A stretch of DNA of 64,000 nt from an uncultured Acidimicrobiales bacterium (lineage in GTDB: Bacteria > Actinomycetota > Acidimicrobiia > Acidimicrobiales > CAVXTF01), in contig CAWDEI010000002.1 of assembly GCA_963801315.1 (NCBI GenBank), positions 17,516 through 81,515 of the forward strand. Direction: 5' to 3'. The notes below the pieces were generated by a model that saw only the letters and a list, made by a program, of their open reading frames with translations, searched no databases and was not told the DNA's origin. Position numbers and translations under genes: made by a program. How positions within the stretch are numbered: position 1 is the stretch's first letter; each line of letters starts with the position of its first letter. Shown in pieces: positions 41,237 through 54,387 of the stretch.

Positions 41237-41287
41237 CAGCCGCCGGCGCAGTTGTTCGCGGCGCCGGTTGCAGGAATGGCGGTATGC

Positions 41288-43819
41288 CTATGCCTCCACG
41301 AGATCGGTCTCCGCAGCGACGAGAGTCGCTGCAGCCGCAACGCTCTGGCCCTCGTCGAGGCTCATCAGCCGGACGCCGGTGGCATCGCGGCCCTGAGCCG
41401 CGATCTCGCGCACGCCGGTGCGGATCACGACTCCGCCCGAGGACACGAGCAGGATCTGATCGTCGAGAGCCGCCATGAAGGCCGCCACGACCCTTCCTCG
41501 CACCGCCGTCAGCTTGATCGCGCGCACTCCCTGTCCGCCTCTTCCCTGGCGGTGGAAGTGCTCCGATTTCGTCCGCTTCCCATAGCCCGCGTCCGTGACG
41601 ATGATGACGTCTGTGTCGGGGCTCACCACGTCGCAGGAAACGACCTCGTCCCCCTGCCTCAGCCGCATCCCACGGACCCCTGCGGCGTCGCGACCCATCG
41701 AGCGGACCTCTTCTTCTGTGAAACGGATCCCGCTGCCGTTGCGGGTGACCATCAGGATGTCGTCCTCGCCGGAGCTGAACACGGCCCTGACGAGCTCGTC
41801 GTTGTCACGAAGCGCGATCGCGATGAATCCTTCTCGTCGCGACTTGTCGTATTCCGCCAGCGCGGTCTTCTTCACCTGGCCGAACTTCGTCGCGAACATC
41901 AGGTACCCGCCAGACTCGAAGTCCTTCGTTGCCACCAGGGCCTGGATCGTCTCGTCGGGAGCCAGGGGAAGGAGGTTGACCACCGGAGTACCGCGGGCGG
42001 TTCGCTCCTTCATCGGGACCTCGTGAGCGCGAAGCCGGAAGACCCTGCCCTTGTTGGAGAACAGCAACAAGTGGGCGAGCGCCGTCGTATGGACGGCAAT
42101 GCTGATGAGGTCCTCTTCTTTGAGGCGCGCTCCCTGCACTCCCCTGCCGCCGCGTCCCTGTGTCCGGAACGCGTCCGAGGAGACGGACTTTATGTAACCG
42201 GCGCGCGTCATGGTGACGACGATCTCTTCGTCCTCGATCAGGTCCTCCACGCCGAGCTCGCCCGGGTCGTGGGTGATCTGCGTCCGCCGCGGATTCGCGA
42301 ACTTCTCACGGATCTTGCCCAACTCGTCCGCGATGACGCCCCGGAGCTTCGCAGGGTCGCCAAGTATCGACTCGAGCTCCGCGATCGTCGTGAGCAGTCG
42401 GGCGCGCTCTTCTTCGAGGTTGCTCCGACCGAGACGGGTCAGTCTCGCCAGGGTCATGTCCAAGATGTGATTGGCCTGGATCTCGGAGAACGAGAAGGGC
42501 TCCGCCATGAGCGCCGTCTTCGCCGCGGCGCGATCGTCGGAATTGCGGATCGCCTCGATGACGGCGTCGAGCATGTCGATCGCCCGCAGAAGGCCCTCGT
42601 TGATGTGCAGCTCCGCGCGAGCCTTCGCGAGACGGAACTCGGAACGGCGAGTGACGACCTCTATCTGATGGGCGATGTAGTGACCGACCAGTTGGGAGAG
42701 ATCGAGCGTCCGCGGAACACCGTCGACGAGGGCGACCGTGTTCACGGGGAAATTCACCTGCATCGGGGTGTGCTTGTACAGGTTGTTCAGGATCACGTTG
42801 GCATTGGCATCGCGCTTGAGCGTGATGACGAGCCGGGTCTCGCCGCCTGCCGACGCGTTGTCGGCTCCCGAGATACCTTCGATCACCCGCGAGCTCACCA
42901 GTTCGTGAATCTTCTGTTCGATCGCTTCCACCGAGGTCTGGAACGGCAGGTCCGTCACGATGATCCGGGTAGCGGAACCGGAGTCGTCGATCTCGGCGAC
43001 CGCCCTGAGCTTTATCGAACCGCGGCCTGTCCTGTACGCGTCGAGAATCCCCTGCCGGCCGAGAATCTGCGCACCCGTGGGGAAGTCCGGCCCTTTCACG
43101 AAGTGCATGAGATCGTCGGGGGTTGCCTCGGGATGCTCGAGCATGTACATCACCGCGTCCGAGACCTCGCCGAGGTTGTGCGGAGGGATGTTCGTCGCCA
43201 TCCCGACCGCTATCCCCTGCGACCCGTTCACGAGCAGGTTCGGAAAGCGCGACGGCAGGACCATCGGCTCTTCGGTCGACCCGTCGTAGTTGGGGGTGAA
43301 ATTGACCGTGTCCTCGTCGATCCCCGCCAGAAGCTCGAGTGCGAGGGGCGCAAGCCGGCACTCCGTGTACCGCATCGCCGCGGGGCTGTCGTCGGGCGCT
43401 CGGCCCCCGAAGCTCCCGTGACCGGCTATCAGCATGTGCCGCAAGCTGAAATCCTGAGCCATACGGGCGAGTGCGTCGTATATGGCGAGGTCGCCATGAG
43501 GGTGGTACGTACCCATCACCTCGCCTACGACCTTTGCGCACTTCGTGTACGGCCGGTCCGGCAGCAACCTCTGCTCCTCCATCGAGTAGAGGATCCGGCG
43601 GTGTACGGGCTTCAGGCCGTCGCGAACATCCGGCAGGGCGCGCGCGACGATGACTGACATGGAGTACTCGAGGAACGAGCGCTCCATCTCCTCTTGGATC
43701 TCGATCGGTTCGATGGAGCCCGAAAGCGGGCCGTCACCGTTGCCGGGACCACCGTTACCCGAACCCTGCGAGCCTGATCCGTCGCTCGACCCGGTGTTGC
43801 GAGCTCTACCTCGCGGCAT
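41288..43819 (-). CDS. gyrA: DNA gyrase subunit A
   Basis: Intact 843-aa ORF with RALPDVRDGLKPVHRR, the active-site AAMRYTE, and C-terminal beta-pinwheel repeats. Confidence 0.97.
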   Translation of the reverse strand: MPRGRARNTGSSDGSGSQGSGNGGPGNGDGPLSGSIEPIEIQEEMERSFLEYSMSVIVARALPDVRDGLKPVHRRILYSMEEQRLLPDRPYTKCAKVVGEVMGTYHPHGDLAIYDALARMAQDFSLRHMLIAGHGSFGGRAPDDSPAAMRYTECRLAPLALELLAGIDEDTVNFTPNYDGSTEEPMVLPSRFPNLLVNGSQGIAVGMATNIPPHNLGEVSDAVMYMLEHPEATPDDLMHFVKGPDFPTGAQILGRQGILDAYRTGRGSIKLRAVAEIDDSGSATRIIVTDLPFQTSVEAIEQKIHELVSSRVIEGISGADNASAGGETRLVITLKRDANANVILNNLYKHTPMQVNFPVNTVALVDGVPRTLDLSQLVGHYIAHQIEVVTRRSEFRLAKARAELHINEGLLRAIDMLDAVIEAIRNSDDRAAAKTALMAEPFSFSEIQANHILDMTLARLTRLGRSNLEEERARLLTTIAELESILGDPAKLRGVIADELGKIREKFANPRRTQITHDPGELGVEDLIEDEEIVVTMTRAGYIKSVSSDAFRTQGRGGRGVQGARLKEEDLISIAVHTTALAHLLLFSNKGRVFRLRAHEVPMKERTARGTPVVNLLPLAPDETIQALVATKDFESGGYLMFATKFGQVKKTALAEYDKSRREGFIAIALRDNDELVRAVFSSGEDDILMVTRNGSGIRFTEEEVRSMGRDAAGVRGMRLRQGDEVVSCDVVSPDTDVIIVTDAGYGKRTKSEHFHRQGRGGQGVRAIKLTAVRGRVVAAFMAALDDQILLVSSGGVVIRTGVREIAAQGRDATGVRLMSLDEGQSVAAAATLVAAETDLVEA

Positions 43820-43889
43820 CTCGCGTCATTCCTCCGTTCTGGTATCTCAATTCTCCTGATCCCTCTATGCCCGATCCGACAGAGGCCCG

Positions 43890-46454
<2,565 letters not shown>

Positions 46455-46458
<4 letters not shown>

Positions 46459-47669
46459 CCCATGCCACCACCTTCGGTCCCGGAGGACTTGTCGATCCCG
46501 GCAAAGTCGCCTGACTTGGCTGCGCGGCCGATCTCGAGAACGCTCACGACGCTTCCGGAAAGGGTGCTCGGAGGATCGACGGCCGTGGCGAGCAGGACCT
46601 GCCCCACCGGAAGGCATTCGGCAAGCAGAGCCGCCCGGTTGTCGTCCAACTCCGAGAAGACGTCGTCGAGCAGCAAGGTAGGCGCCTCACCGAATCTCGC
46701 GGTCGCCAGCTCGTGTGACGCGAGCCGCATCGCCAGAGCTATGCAACGTTGCTCCCCTTGCGAAGCATGGGTGCGCGCCGGCATGCCGTCGAGCAGTATC
46801 GAGAGCTCGTCGCGGTGCGGACCAGAGCCCGTCGTCTGGTGCTTCAGGTCCTCGGTGCGCCCGAGACGTAGGGCGTCGAGGAGCTCTCCCTGCCAGGATC
46901 TGCGATAACCGAACGAAAGATCGGTATCGCGACCCGACAGATGACGGTACGCCGCCGACGCGGGCCCGGTGAGATCTTCCACGAGATGCTCTCGCGCCTC
47001 TGCCAGCCGGGTACCGGCGCTCGCGAGGCGCTCGTCCCAGACGTCGAACGTATGATCCACGTCGCCACGGACGTCCCCACGAGGATCATCCGCCGACGAA
47101 CCCGCTCGACCTTCGTTGCCCGTCTCGCGCGCTCGGCCGTCGCGAGACGCTCGTGCACGTTGGCCGCTCTGGCGCAGCAACGCGCCCCGGTGACGCAGCA
47201 CGCGCTCTACTTCACTGACCAGTGCCTCGGTCTTCACATCACCTGCGACGAGGGAGGCGTCCAGGAACTCCCGCCTCGCAGAGGGTGACCCCTGAACGAT
47301 CTCGAGATCGTCAGGCGAGAACACCGAGACCCTGAGCGCCCCACCGAGATCGGTGAGACGCCTCGCAACCTGCCGGTTCGCCTGGAAACGCCAGGGCCTT
47401 CCGATCGGGAGCTCGGCCTCGATCAGAACCTGTCTTCCGGCCTGGTCGATCTCGGCGCGCACGATTGCACGTTCAGCTCCCCATCTGACGAGCGCTTCAC
47501 GCGCAGCGATCCGAAACGAGCGCATGGTGGCGAGAAGCCCGATTGCTTCGAGTAGCGACGTCTTGCCGGTCCCGTTCGGTCCCTGGATGACCGTGACGCC
47601 GGTGGCGGGGACCAGCTCAGCATGCTCGAAGCACCTGAAGTCGCTGATCCATAAGTGTTTCAGCGCCAT
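46455..47669 (-). CDS. recF: DNA replication and repair protein RecF
   Basis: Intact 404-aa ORF with Walker A GPNGTGKTSLLEAI, the signature SQGEQRCIAL and Walker B LLLDDVFSELD. Confidence 0.93.
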
Positions 47670-47749
47670 CTGGCCTTCACCGCAGAGTGCTTAGACCCTG
47701 CTGCATCACCGAGATGTCGGCGAGATCCGCTCCGGCACACCCCGCGCCG

Positions 47750-48889
47750 TCAGGAGACCCGAACCGGCATGAGCAGGTACCTGTAGTCATCGTGATCCGG
47801 CCCGCGCACGGTCGCGGGCTTCCCCGAATCGAGCGCTTCGAGGACGATCTCGTCACCGAGAACTGCCTCGACTCCTTCGATGAGGTAGGACGGGTTGAAC
47901 GCGACCGAATGCTCTTCGCCTTCGTAGTCTGCGTCCACGTCCTCACTCGCGTGACCGACCTCCTGCGACACCACCGTCAGCTCTACTCCCCCGGACCGCA
48001 TCGACAACCTGACGGGAGTCGTGTTGTCGCGCACGAGGAGCCTCACCCTCCGCAGCGCGTCGAGCAGAGACTCCTTGCCGACACGAAGCTGGTTCGGATA
48101 GCCGGGAGGGATGAGCTGCCGGTAATCGGGAAACTTTCCGTCGAGCAACCTCGTGCTCACCGTGACGCCCCCCACTGTGAACGTCGCGTCGAGCTCGCCG
48201 ACCGTGAATCCGACGCTCGGCCCTGCATCGGGCGATCCGTCCTTCGCGGACTCCTTCGACGGCAGCAACCTCTGCAACTCACCAAGAGCACGCGCCGGAA
48301 CCAGGATCTGGTCCGTGCCGGCAGGCAGAGGGCTCGCCGCTTTGAGGTCGCGCATCGCGAGCCGGTAGGAGTCCGTCGCCACCAGCCGGATTCCATCTCC
48401 CTCGGCTGCGATCAGCACACCGGTGAGAAGTGGCCGCGCATCGTCACTCGAGGCAGCCCTCACGACTTGCCGCAGCGCCTCTGCAAGGCCATGTGCAGGT
48501 AGCTGCGCAGGAGAAGCACTCGATCCCGGTGGTGAAGGGAAGTCCTCGAGGGGATAGGTCCGTACGACGAACCTGCTCCGCCCCGCCGATATCTCGACCT
48601 CGTTGTCGTTGGCCTCGACGGTCACCGCTCCGGGCTCGAGCGAACGGACGATGTCGGTGCTCAACCGCGCCGGCGTGACGCAGGCTCCGTCGTCGAGCCC
48701 TATCGCCTCCATCTCGACCTTGACGGTCAGATCGAGGTCGGTGCCGACGATCAGCAGCCTGTTCCCCTTCAGCTCCATCCGCACCCCGCCCAGGACCGCC
48801 ACCCCAGGACCGCGGCTCGTCGCTGCCCGACCCGCAGTCCCGAGGGCCTCGACCAACACATCGCGTTCAGAGCGGAACTTCACACGCAC
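47750..48889 (-). CDS. dnaN: DNA polymerase III beta sliding clamp
   Basis: Intact 379-aa ORF (MRVKFRSERDVLVEALGTAGRA...), three-domain length, located between dnaA and recF. Confidence 0.93.
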   Translation of the reverse strand: MRVKFRSERDVLVEALGTAGRAATSRGPGVAVLGGVRMELKGNRLLIVGTDLDLTVKVEMEAIGLDDGACVTPARLSTDIVRSLEPGAVTVEANDNEVEISAGRSRFVVRTYPLEDFPSPPGSSASPAQLPAHGLAEALRQVVRAASSDDARPLLTGVLIAAEGDGIRLVATDSYRLAMRDLKAASPLPAGTDQILVPARALGELQRLLPSKESAKDGSPDAGPSVGFTVGELDATFTVGGVTVSTRLLDGKFPDYRQLIPPGYPNQLRVGKESLLDALRRVRLLVRDNTTPVRLSMRSGGVELTVVSQEVGHASEDVDADYEGEEHSVAFNPSYLIEGVEAVLGDEIVLEALDSGKPATVRGPDHDDYRYLLMPVRVS

Positions 48890-48897
48890 AGCCCTTC

Positions 48898-49130
48898 TTC
48901 TAGAGAATGAATTTAATTAAGAGAGAGTAACGGTAGTAGGGGGTGTGGATTGTGGACGGAGGCACATACATCCAGCTCAAGGAGACATTCCGCGTCCACA
49001 CCAAACGAACTGTCGCCCACACCCGAACGGCATCGACAGGCGAAGTCACCCATGGGCTGTGGACGGCGGTGCAAGTACTCCACCGAGACGGCCCCGTTTC
49101 GCATCGTCGAGCAAGCGGATCTCCACAGGT
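48898..49130. other. oriC candidate: AT-rich unwinding element plus DnaA-box cluster in the dnaA-dnaN spacer
   Basis: AT-rich tctagagaatgaatttaattaagagagagtaa (48898-48930) stands out in an otherwise GC-rich context. TGTGGA[T/C] / [G/C]TCCACA cores lie at about 48944, 48952, 48994, 49058 and 49122, with a weaker cgcccaca at about 49014. Confidence 0.7.
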
Positions 49131-49216
49131 TTCCCCCGCCGGCTGCAACCGAGCTTGGTGCCCGGGTGTGACATCCCGTCACCGCCCGTACCGTCATCGT
49201 CTGTCCCGCCTGCGGA

Positions 49217-50725
49217 TCACTCGCCGGCACGTATCCGCCGCATGAGCTCCGTGGTCTGCTCGTAGACCGGAAGCCGCTTGTCCATCAGTCCCTTGATCTT
49301 CTTCACGGCGTGCATGACCGTCGTGTGGTCCCTGTCGCCGAACTCTCGTGCGATGGCGGGGAACGACGTGTCGGGAAGCATCTCGCGGACGACGTACATG
49401 CATATCTGTCGCGCCGCGACGAGCGGGCGCCTGCGACTGGGACCTACCAGCTCCTCGACGCTGATCCCGAAGGTCTCCGCCGTCACGTCCATGATCTCCT
49501 TGACCGTGATGGTCCGTGGCTTGGACGATCCGATGATGTCGGAAAGGACCCGTTCGGCCATCTCGCGGGTGACCTTCTCGCCGTACAGGTTGCCGTACGC
49601 CGCGACGCGGGTGAGTGCGCCCTCGAGCTCGCGGATGTTGTCCTTCACGTGCGTCGCGATCAACTCGAGCACGTCATGTTCGACGAAGAGTGATTCGTCC
49701 TCGACCCTCTTCAGCAAGATCGCCATCCGGGTCTCGAGCTCCGGCGGTTGGACGTCGGTGGTGAGACCGGATGCGAAGCGGCTTCTCAGCCGGTCTTCCA
49801 AGGTGGCGATGTTCTTCGGAGGCCTGTCGGAGGTGATCACGATCTGCTTCGATGCACTGAAAAGTTGGTTGAACGTATGGAAGAACTCCTCCTGGAGCTG
49901 TTCCTTTCCGGCCATGAACTGAACGTCGTCGATGAGAAGGACGTCACACTCCTCGCGGTAGCGGCGCTTGAATTCCATCGTTGAGTTCGAGCGGATCGCG
50001 TACACGAACTCGTTCATGAACGCTTCGGTGGTGATGTACTTCACACGATGGCGCGTGAAGTTGGAGCACACGTAGTTGCCGATCGCGTGCAGCAGGTGGG
50101 TCTTGCCGAGACCGGCGTGGCCATGGATGAACAGCGGGTTGTAGTTGTGCCCGGGGTCCTCTGCCACCGAAAGGGCGGCAGCGTGTGCGAAACGGTTGGA
50201 AGACCCGATCACGAAGGCGTCGAAGGTGTCGCGAGGGTCGATCCCGGGGACGGACTTGGCGCGGCCGTGCCCGCTCAGGTGCCCCCGCGACTCGGGGGCA
50301 ACGGGAGTGAGACGCCGCGGGTCCTCTGACGGCGCGGTAGATGTACGGGGTCGACCTCGTCCCGTGGACGCGACCCCAGGGAAACCCTGGTCGATGCGGG
50401 TGGTGCGACCCGTCTCTGACCCCGGCTCATCGGGCCCCGGCTCGTCGTCGGTCCAAAAAGAAGCATGCTCATGTTTCACGTCAGCGACCTCGAGTCGCAC
50501 TTCCACAGGGTGACCGGCAGCCTCGGCGACGGCAGCAGAGATGAGCGGCAGGTAGCGGGACTCGATCCGGTCTCTCAGCAATCGCCCAGGCACGGCGAGG
50601 ACCAGAGTGTCGTCGTCCGCTTCACATGGAGAGAGGTTCGCAAGCGACGTCTGCCATGCGGCACCGGGAATCTGTCCGCGCAGGGTCTCCGAGCAGCGTC
50701 GCCAAAGGTCGATCGAATCGTTCAC
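49217..50725 (-). CDS. dnaA: chromosomal replication initiator DnaA
   Basis: ORF 49217..50773 with Walker A GHAGLGKTHLLHAIGN, box VII and the C-terminal DNA-binding DHTTVMHAVKKI. GTG 50725 (VNDSIDLWRRC...) is favoured because 50726-50785 carries DnaA boxes. GTG 50773 is the alternative. Confidence 0.93.
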   Translation of the reverse strand: MNDSIDLWRRCSETLRGQIPGAAWQTSLANLSPCEADDDTLVLAVPGRLLRDRIESRYLPLISAAVAEAAGHPVEVRLEVADVKHEHASFWTDDEPGPDEPGSETGRTTRIDQGFPGVASTGRGRPRTSTAPSEDPRRLTPVAPESRGHLSGHGRAKSVPGIDPRDTFDAFVIGSSNRFAHAAALSVAEDPGHNYNPLFIHGHAGLGKTHLLHAIGNYVCSNFTRHRVKYITTEAFMNEFVYAIRSNSTMEFKRRYREECDVLLIDDVQFMAGKEQLQEEFFHTFNQLFSASKQIVITSDRPPKNIATLEDRLRSRFASGLTTDVQPPELETRMAILLKRVEDESLFVEHDVLELIATHVKDNIRELEGALTRVAAYGNLYGEKVTREMAERVLSDIIGSSKPRTITVKEIMDVTAETFGISVEELVGPSRRRPLVAARQICMYVVREMLPDTSFPAIAREFGDRDHTTVMHAVKKIKGLMDKRLPVYEQTTELMRRIRAGE

Positions 50726-50752
50726 CTGGGATCTTGGCCCTTCGTACCTCGA

Positions 50753-50785
50753 GTAGTCCACAAGGCAGTCCACAGGTGTGGATTG
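50753..50785. promoter_or_regulatory. three DnaA-box-like sites immediately upstream of dnaA
   Basis: The sequence gtagtccacaaggcagtccacaggtgtggattgcc contains GTCCACA at about 50756 and 50768 and TGTGGAT at about 50777. A further cgtgtggtt lies at about 51000 in the dnaA-rpmH spacer. Confidence 0.6.
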
Positions 50786-51113
50786 CCGACCGGAGCACCC
50801 CTGCCGACCGACGCGCCTCCGGCCCTGGAGGCCCCGGGCCTGGAGGGCCTCCGAATCCTGATCTGGTGAACGTCGCCGCCTGGCGGGGGAGCCCGGCGCC
50901 CGAACGGTACACCGGGGTCCGCATGGCTGCTAGTGGCCGAACGGACCTGGGACTCTTCGGTACCGAATCCCCGGCGGTCGGGCGTCGCATCGATCCCCCG
51001 TGTGGTTTCTGCTGATCCGACTCGCCTAGCATGGTGAAACCGTCGGGCCCGGACCGGGCTCGACCGATGCGACCGGGAATGCCGACCGATTTCGGAAGAA
51101 GGAAGCCCCGGAG

Positions 51114-51137
51114 CTCGAAAGACGACTCGAAAGACGA
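51114..51137. repeat. 12-bp exact tandem duplication (ctcgaaagacga x2) just upstream of the rpmH RBS
   Basis: Seen directly. It is followed by gagggag and then GTG 51144. Confidence 0.8.
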
Positions 51138-51143
51138 GAGGGA

Positions 51144-51278
51144 GTGAAGCGCACCTACCAGCCCAACACCAGGAAGCGGGCGAAGAATCACGGTTTCAGG
51201 CACCGGATGTCGACGCGCGCCGGAAGAGCGATCATCCGGGCACGGAGGCTCAGAGGTCGTCACAGGCTCACGGCCTGA
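51144..51278 (+). CDS. rpmH: 50S ribosomal protein L34
   Basis: Not in the ORF track because it is under 60 aa. GTG 51144 follows GAGGGAG. The translation is [44 protein letters not shown]. Confidence 0.92.
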   Translation: MKRTYQPNTRKRAKNHGFRHRMSTRAGRAIIRARRLRGRHRLTA

Positions 51279-51298
51279 GCCGCGAGCCGAGTCCCGGC

Positions 51299-51655
51299 GT
51301 GACCTGGCGCATAACCGACCGGGCAACGTTCGAGGCACTGAGGCGGTCCGGAAGGCGCGCCCGATGTGGCCCCGTGTCGGTCGTCTATCTGGGTGACGAC
51401 GGGGACCGGGCACGTGTCGGGTATGCCGTCGGCCGACGTGTCGGCGGCGCCGTGGAACGGAACCGGCTGCGCCGGCGTCTTCGTGCGGTTGTTCGCGAGA
51501 TCGAGACCGATGTGGGTCTCGATCCCGGGGCCTACCTGGTCGCCCCCGGTCGCGAGACCTCGGGACTTGTTCATGAAGAGCTGTCCAGGACACTGCGAGA
51601 AGCAATGAGAAGAGCACAGATGGCAGGAATCGCAGCCCGCGGGAGCGGAGAGTGA
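51299..51655 (+). CDS. rnpA: ribonuclease P protein component
   Basis: 118-aa basic ORF directly after rpmH, with [23 protein letters not shown] (RNR motif). Confidence 0.85.
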   Translation: MTWRITDRATFEALRRSGRRARCGPVSVVYLGDDGDRARVGYAVGRRVGGAVERNRLRRRLRAVVREIETDVGLDPGAYLVAPGRETSGLVHEELSRTLREAMRRAQMAGIAARGSGE

Positions 51656-51924
51656 CTGACTCGCTACAGATGGAGCGCGAATTGCTCCTCCGAACCCAGA
51701 CGAAGGCGCCCGTGGCTCGCAGAGCCGCAATCGCTCTCGTGCGGGCGTACCAGCAGTCCCGCGGGACGAGGCTCTCGCCTTGCCGCTACGTCCCTTCGTG
51801 TTCGGAGTACGCGGTGGCGTCCCTGGAGCGCCACGGGCTCTTACGAGGTTCCTGGCTCGCCATCCGCCGCCTGGGTCGCTGCCAGCCGTTCGCCGGCTAC
51901 GGCTCTGATCCGGTGCCGGACTGA
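51652..51924 (+). CDS. yidD: membrane protein insertion efficiency factor YidD
   Basis: ...[48 protein letters not shown]. It overlaps the rnpA stop by 4 nt. Confidence 0.85.
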   Translation: MTDSLQMERELLLRTQTKAPVARRAAIALVRAYQQSRGTRLSPCRYVPSCSEYAVASLERHGLLRGSWLAIRRLGRCQPFAGYGSDPVPD

Positions 51925-51936
51925 GAGGAGCGCGCC

Positions 51937-53241
51937 ATGCCCCATAACGCTGTCACGGCGAGCATCACGAGCGACATAGGGAGCATATTCCATCCCATCT
52001 TCTGGACCTTCGCGCAGGCCCTTGCGTTGTTCTATGCCTTAATACCGAACTACATAATTGCCATAACTCTCCTCACCGTCCTTGTCATGATCTTGACGGC
52101 TCCGCTGACCATCAAGAGCACAAAGTCGATGGTCGAGATGCAGCGCATCCAGCCCGAGTTCAGGAAGCTTCAGCAGAAATACAAGGGCGACCGCGAGAAG
52201 CTGAACGAAGAGGTCATGAAGCTCTACCGGGAGCACGGTGTCAGCCCGGTAGGAGGTTGTCTTCCCCTACTACTGCAGATGCCATTTTTTGTTTGTTTGT
52301 ATGGCGTAATCAAGGGTCTGACCAATACGAAGACCGTCAACCACATCAAGTCGCCGAGCCCGCGGTACCTGAGCAGCTCGACGCGCATGTACCACGACAT
52401 ATTGGCGGCCGGCGGGAAGATCAAGTCTTTCGGCATCGACCTATCCCAGACCCCGTTCACACATCACGGATCTCTGGGCGCCTCCATCCCTTATTACGTT
52501 CTTTTCTTCGCTGCTATCGGCCTCCAATATCTGCAAATGGCGCGTCTCAATAAGAGGAATGCCGCCAACATTCAAAACAACCCTCAGATGCAGACGATGC
52601 AGACGATGCAGAAGGTCACGCCGCTGATCTTCGGCGTCATCTACATCGCGTTCCCGATTGGGGTGACCGTCTACTTCATCGTGTCGAGCTTCTGCCGGAT
52701 CGTCATCCAGGAGATCCTTTTTCGCACGGGAGTGACGGCACCCAAGGCGGCTGGCGAGGGGGGTGCGCGCGACCTTCCTCCCCCGCGGCGACGGGGCCTG
52801 ATGGATCGGCTCGCGGACGCTCAGGCGGCCGCACAAGAGCAACGACGCCTCCAGGCGGAGCTGAACGGGACCATCAACGCGACATCCCAAGATGTGACAG
52901 AGGCGGACGGACAGCCAGGGACTGACGGAACTGACGGACCGAAGAAACCGGGACGACCGTCGAGCCAGGCCCGGCCCACTCCCCCGCTGAAGGCCGGCGC
53001 CCAGCCACCCGTCCAAAAGGGAGGTAATGGCAGCAATGGTGTAAACGGAGCGCAGAGTGGGCAGTCGGCCACTAGAGGTAATGCTCGGCCGACACGAACT
53101 CCCGGAGCGAACGGTGCCGGTCCAAACGGACGATCCAGAGTACGTCCGGACAGCGGCGGCGAATCCGGGGACGGGGATACATCCAAGCCGAAGCAGGCGC
53201 CGCCGCGGTCCAAGGACAAAAGGCCACGAAAGGCTCGTTGA
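51937..53241 (+). CDS. yidC: membrane protein insertase YidC with a long basic C-terminal tail
   Basis: 434-aa ORF with LTAPLTIKSTKSMVEMQRIQPEFRKLQQKYKGDREKLNEEVMKLYREHGVSPVGGCLPLLLQMP. The C-terminal ~170 aa are low-complexity and basic. Confidence 0.9.
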   Translation: MPHNAVTASITSDIGSIFHPIFWTFAQALALFYALIPNYIIAITLLTVLVMILTAPLTIKSTKSMVEMQRIQPEFRKLQQKYKGDREKLNEEVMKLYREHGVSPVGGCLPLLLQMPFFVCLYGVIKGLTNTKTVNHIKSPSPRYLSSSTRMYHDILAAGGKIKSFGIDLSQTPFTHHGSLGASIPYYVLFFAAIGLQYLQMARLNKRNAANIQNNPQMQTMQTMQKVTPLIFGVIYIAFPIGVTVYFIVSSFCRIVIQEILFRTGVTAPKAAGEGGARDLPPPRRRGLMDRLADAQAAAQEQRRLQAELNGTINATSQDVTEADGQPGTDGTDGPKKPGRPSSQARPTPPLKAGAQPPVQKGGNGSNGVNGAQSGQSATRGNARPTRTPGANGAGPNGRSRVRPDSGGESGDGDTSKPKQAPPRSKDKRPRKAR

Positions 53242-53245
53242 ATAG

Positions 53246-54352
53246 ATGGAGTGGGTCGAGACAACCGGTCGAACAATCGAAGAGGCGCGTGACGCCGCGC
53301 TGGACATGCTTGGAGTCGACGAGACGGACGCCGAGTTCGTCACACTGAGCGAACCGCGGCCCGGGCTCTTCGGAAGGTTGAGGGGTGAGGCTCGAGTCCG
53401 AGCCCGCGTGATGCCCACAACGCCTCCGCCCAAGAGGAATCGAAGCCGCCGTCCAGTGCAGCGAAGAGGCTCCACGAGCCAGCGGTCCGAGAGTGTCAAC
53501 ACGGAGTCCCCGGACTCGGCAGCAGGCAGTCGTCGAGCGGATGGCGAAACCGTCGCAGAACCGTCTCGAAGCGACGGGGCCTCAGGGTCCGGTGGAGGCA
53601 GATCCCGGTCTTCACGGCGCCGTCGCCGTCCGTCGGGAGGCGGGGGAGCCGGTGCCGCAACCCTCACTGTCGGCGAATCTGGAGCGAACGAGCCCGGTGA
53701 GGGCGACGACGGCTCGGTAGGCGACGACGGTACGGATGAGCCCACCCACCGGAGATCTCAACGCAGCAACCGGCCCCGCAGACAAGCGAGTTCGGACTCG
53801 AGGCCAGAGGAGGCCACCGTGACAGAGACCCTTTCGCTCGAAGAGCAGGGCGATATGGCGAAGCAATTCATCGAGGGTCTCGTAGCTGAGCTCGGACTGG
53901 AGGCTTCAGTCACGGCGCAACCCCTCGACGACGAAGCCGTGCAGGTCGCTGTGAACGGGGAGGAGCTCGGAGTGCTCGTCGGCCAGGGAGGCGCCACGCT
54001 GGCGGCGATCCAGGAGCTGACTCGCACGGTGGTGCAACGCAAGGCGGGCGGTCACACTGATCGGATCCTCGTGGACGTGGCTGGTTACCGTGCCAGACGG
54101 GCCGAGGCCCTCGGACGCTTCACCACGAAGGTGGTCGAGGAGGTGATCGCATCAGGTCGCGAGAAAGCCCTCGAGGCGATGTCGCCGGCGGACCGGAAGG
54201 TCGTCCACGACACCGTCAACGAGCTGGGCGGTGCGTCGACCCGCTCCGAAGGGGTGGAGCCTCGGCGTTACGTCGTGATCTCTCCGGTGGCTGGGAACTC
54301 CGACGTCGCCGAGGAAGCCGACTTGGAAGATCCTGAAGACGACGAGGGCTGA
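53246..54352 (+). CDS. jag: Jag/KhpB RNA-binding protein (Jag_N, KH, R3H) with a long disordered insert
   Basis: N-terminal MEWVETTGRTIEEARDAALDMLGV and C-terminal KH/R3H (LGVLVGQGGATLAAIQELT...MSPADRKVVHDTVNEL...STRSEGVEPRRYVVI), in the conserved position after yidC. Confidence 0.85.
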   Translation: MEWVETTGRTIEEARDAALDMLGVDETDAEFVTLSEPRPGLFGRLRGEARVRARVMPTTPPPKRNRSRRPVQRRGSTSQRSESVNTESPDSAAGSRRADGETVAEPSRSDGASGSGGGRSRSSRRRRRPSGGGGAGAATLTVGESGANEPGEGDDGSVGDDGTDEPTHRRSQRSNRPRRQASSDSRPEEATVTETLSLEEQGDMAKQFIEGLVAELGLEASVTAQPLDDEAVQVAVNGEELGVLVGQGGATLAAIQELTRTVVQRKAGGHTDRILVDVAGYRARRAEALGRFTTKVVEEVIASGREKALEAMSPADRKVVHDTVNELGGASTRSEGVEPRRYVVISPVAGNSDVAEEADLEDPEDDEG

Positions 54353-54387
54353 AGCCCTCCATCGGCATTTCTGCCTCGAGCAAGGTC

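Noticed and set aside
50472-50487. parS-like half site TGTTTCACGTcagcga inside dnaA.
   Set aside because: Only the left half matches (about 11/16) and the palindrome is not completed. It lies inside a coding region and is likely chance.
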